This document shows positions 6,857 through 9,691 of a DNA stretch of 9,691 bases, in pieces. This DNA comes from Octopus sinensis. Lineage: Eukaryota. The translations under genes and the position numbers were made by a program. Under the pieces are notes generated by a model. The model ran no database searches. It had not been told where the DNA came from and was given only the letters and a program-made list of their open reading frames with translations. Every line of letters begins with the position of its first letter. Position 1 is the first letter of the stretch. The DNA is taken from contig NW_021827859.1 of the NCBI RefSeq assembly GCF_006345805.1, positions 1 to 9,691 of the forward strand, given 5' to 3'.

Positions 6857-7291
6857 TACTCTTTTACTCTTTTACTTGTTTCAGTCATTTGACTGCGGCC
6901 ATGCTAGAGCACCGCCTTTAGTCGAGCAACTCGATCCCGGGATTTATTCTTTTGTAAGCCCAGTACTTATTATATTGGTCGCTTTTGCCGAACCGCTAAG
7001 TAACGGGGACATAAACACACCAGCATCGGTTGTCAAGCAATGCTAGAGAGACAAACACAGACACACAAACACACACACACATATATATATATATACATAT
7101 ATATATAATATATATTTATATATATATACATATATATACATATATACGACAGGCTTCTTTCAGTTTCCGTCTACCAAATCCACTCACAAGGCATTGGTCG
7201 GCCCGGGGATATAGCAGAAGACACTTGCCCAAGATGCCACGCAGTGGGATGAACTCGGAACCATGTGGTTGGTTAGCAAGCTACTTACCAC
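6857..7291 (-). mobile_element. SINE family 2, copy C (near full length)
   Basis: Minus strand: tRNA-like head (GTGGTAAGTAGCTTGCTAACCAACCACATGGTTCCGAGTTCATCCC), CATCTTGGGCAAGTGTCTTC block, internal TA/TG microsatellite, and tail GGCGGTGCTCTAGCATGGCCGCAGTCAAATGACTGAAAC ending in (AGTAAAAG)n repeats. Confidence 0.92.
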
Positions 7292-7459
7292 TGCATACAA
7301 ATATGCACGCATGTACCCAGTTATAAAGCCATAAGCTTATATTCACCCACAAACACGTATATGTTGACCCACTCACACTTAAAGGTAGAAATCAAATCAT
7401 TTATACACATTTATACACACACTCAACTTACATAACGTACACGTATACACTCGCATAGA

Positions 7460-7460
7460 C

Positions 7461-7515
<55 letters not shown>

Positions 7516-7516
7516 A
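7460..7516. repeat. (TA)n(TG)n microsatellite
   Basis: Read directly. Confidence 0.93.
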
Positions 7517-7623
7517 CTACCTCTCTGCAGGAAACACCAATGAGGGCAGCGTTGTCGAACTCCCTTGTTGACCAAATGCCACGTATCAGAGGTGGTTTCA
7601 CATACTAGTGTAGCAGATTCAAC

Positions 7624-7663
7624 GGTAGTGCCCCAGTATGGCCGCAGCTTTCGTGCTGAAACA
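7624..7663 (+). mobile_element. Retroposon 3'-tail motif shared with SINE family 2 but attached to a different upstream body
   Basis: GGTAGTGCCCCAGTATGGCCGCAGC matches 8047-8071 at 21/25. After a 7-nt variable stretch both continue CTGAAACA. The upstream 7530-7623 does not align to the SINE. Confidence 0.6.
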
Positions 7664-7724
7664 TATATATATATGTGTGTGTGTGTTTGTGTGTGTGTGT
7701 GCGTGTGTGCGTGTGTGCGTGTGT

Positions 7725-8095
7725 GTGGTATGAAGCTTACTTACCAACCACATGGTTCCGGGTTCAGTCCCACTGCTATAGCCTCGGGCCCACCAAAGCC
7801 CTCTGAGTGGATTTGGTAGACGGAAACTGAAAGAAGCCCGTCGTATATATGTATATGTGTATTGTGTGTGTGTGTGTGTGTATGTGTGTGTGTGTATGTG
7901 TGTGTGTGTGTGCATTTCTGTGTCTGCATTTGTCCCCCCTCCCACTACCGCTTGACAACCAATGTTAGCGGTTCGGCAAAGGTGACCGATGGGATAAGTA
8001 CCGGGCTTACAAACTGTAAGTACTACGGTCGATTTGTTCGACTAAAGGCGGTGCTCCAGCATGGCCGCAGCCAAATGACTGAAACAAGTAAAAGA

Positions 8096-8097
<2 letters not shown>
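7725..8097 (+). mobile_element. SINE family 2, copy D (two internal deletions)
   Basis: GTGGTATGAAGCTTACTTACCAACCACATGGTTCCGGGTTCAGTCCC head, internal TA/TG tract, tail GGCGGTGCTCCAGCATGGCCGCAGCCAAATGACTGAAACAAGTAAAAG. It aligns to the reverse complement of copy C. Confidence 0.92.
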
Positions 8098-8128
<31 letters not shown>

Positions 8129-8269
8129 TATATACATATATATATACCTAACTAAACTCTCATGCTAGTATTTTCACCCACAAATGTATGTATATGTGTG
8201 GGTGTGTGTGTATGTGTGTGTGTGTGTGTGAGTGTGTGTACACGCGCCAAGACTACACGGATGTACAAT

Positions 8270-8502
8270 TACAAGGGGCGGGAGAGGTTGGAAAGCCCCC
8301 TGGCTTTGGCTAAAAGAAAATACAGGAGGATCTGTCCATTATGATTTTATCCAACATTTTCCATTCCTCTCAAATCCACACACTTATTGCAGCGGTCCTT
8401 AAGTTTTTTTGAGCCTTGTAAAAGAACACGGAAGGTTGGGCCTCCAGCCAGGCCTTTCCCGACACCTTTAAAGCCAGGAACCTTTCAGTACCCCCCTTCG
8501 TA
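8270..8502. mobile_element. Tc1/mariner-like MITE with degenerate TIRs and TA flanks
   Basis: Left end TA-CAAGGGG..GAAAGCCCCCTGGCTTT. The right end in reverse complement is TA-CGAAGGGGGGTACTGAAAGGTTCCTGGCTTT. The shared CCTGGCTTT is at 8299-8307 and 8470-8478, and the element is 229 nt between the TA dinucleotides. Confidence 0.65.
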
Positions 8503-8633
8503 CGTGTGTGTGTGTATATATATTTATATATATATATATATATATATGAATGTATATACACCTGTATTCATAAACTTTCGCTCTCCATCAAATATACACA
8601 TAAACCCTATACGAATATATATATATATATATA

Positions 8634-8669
<36 letters not shown>

Positions 8670-8685
8670 CATACATACATACACC
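8503..8685. repeat. (TG)/(TA)n/(CATA)n microsatellites
   Basis: Read directly. Confidence 0.88.
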
Positions 8686-8865
8686 TGTTTGTATGCGTAC
8701 AGATGAATAGCGGGAAATTGAAGGGGGTGTGGTAAAGAAGAGGGTGGATAGAGGCTCTATGGGGGTCAGGGAAAAATAGATGATAAGCGTAACAAGAGTT
8801 GAGATGCCTCTATATTAAGCCCCGCCCATTTCTACTGTCACTTCCATATTCGGGTTAATTATATC

Positions 8866-9290
8866 CCTCTCTCTCTTTTTCCTCTCTCTCTTTCTCAGTT
8901 TCTTCCATTCTCTTTTAGCCTCTCATAATACTCGTGCAATTTTATGTATCGCCCTTACTCTCTCTATTACTCTGTCTCTCTATCTTTCTCTCTCTCTATC
9001 ACATGCATACACGCTCTATTTCTTTCCGTCTCTCTTTCTTTCATTTCTTCTTTCTTCCTCTTATACACACACACATACAAGTCTCTTTATCGCTCTCTCT
9101 CTCTCTCTCTCTGTCTCTCTCTTTCACACACATATACAGTTCTCTTTGTTACGCTCTCTCTCTCTGTGTCTTTCCTGTCTCTTCCTCTCTCAAACACACG
9201 CACACTCTCACACTCCCTCCCTCCCTCCCTCCCTCACTCACTCACACATTCTCTCTCCCCTTCATTCTTCCCCCCTTTCTCTCTCTGTAC
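8866..9290. repeat. Polypyrimidine (CT)n/(CCCT)n/(CA)n low-complexity tract
   Basis: Read directly. It gives the SL-rich ORFs. Confidence 0.85.
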
Positions 9291-9413
9291 ATATGGTCTT
9301 ACTATCTCTTTACTTCGCCAATAGTTTTTCCGAATATCACTTATCTATCTCTGACACACAGACAGACACAGCCAGAGCATCGCAACTGTCAACGCCACCA
9401 TCATTAAGAGCAA

Positions 9414-9691
9414 TACAACAACAACAACAGTATGCCGCCGCCACCACCAACCACAACAACAACACCATAAGCTCTACTACTACTACTACTACTACACCAC
9501 CACCATAGCAATCATTTCTCAATCAGCAGCGATAATCTTTCCTGTTATGACCACCGACCCCCCCGCCCAATCATCAGAAACAATAATAATAATAACAGTG
9601 ATAATGATAATTATAGTAATGATAATAATAATGATGATAATAGTAACTATAACATAATAATGACCAATAATAGTAATAATGGTAATAATGA
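9414..9691. repeat. Trinucleotide mosaic (CAA/GCC/CAC/CTA) then (AAT/GAT)n
   Basis: Read directly. Confidence 0.85.

Noticed and set aside
8712-8772. G-quadruplex candidate
   Set aside because: The G-runs are separated by long loops of roughly 8-15 nt, a poor match to stable G4 patterns.
9408-9508. In-frame Q5-A3-N3-T7-P3 run resembling a transcription-factor low-complexity exon
   Set aside because: It ends in a stop, has no splice signals or flanking domain, and similar trinucleotide mosaics occur elsewhere in this non-coding window.
30-9522. All ORFs in the six-frame track as protein-coding genes
   Set aside because: They are translations of microsatellites (HT, YI, CV, SL, poly-L/V/D/M), SINE bodies or palindrome arms. 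None shows a recognisable domain, and many start at non-ATG codons.

Overview
Non-coding, microsatellite-saturated eukaryotic DNA (intergenic or intronic). The repeat families look to me like those of a coleoid cephalopod, most likely Octopus; this is recognition from memory, not a database result. No protein-coding gene is supported: the listed ORFs are translations of simple repeats, SINEs or palindromes. The window holds four copies of one tRNA-derived SINE with an internal microsatellite, two other tRNA-headed SINE-like elements, a mariner-like MITE, two long near-perfect inverted repeats (2455-2714 and 3793-4191) and a small perfect hairpin. The most notable signal is in the second inverted repeat. 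Its minus-strand arm reads as a tRNA-like Pol III head, an (AAT/AAC)n linker and a body containing an intact minimal type I hammerhead ribozyme fold (3845-3890) of the kind known from Penelope-like elements. The opposite arm carries a mutated copy with a G5A core change. A third, unrelated hammerhead-like motif with an A6U core variant lies at 909-944.
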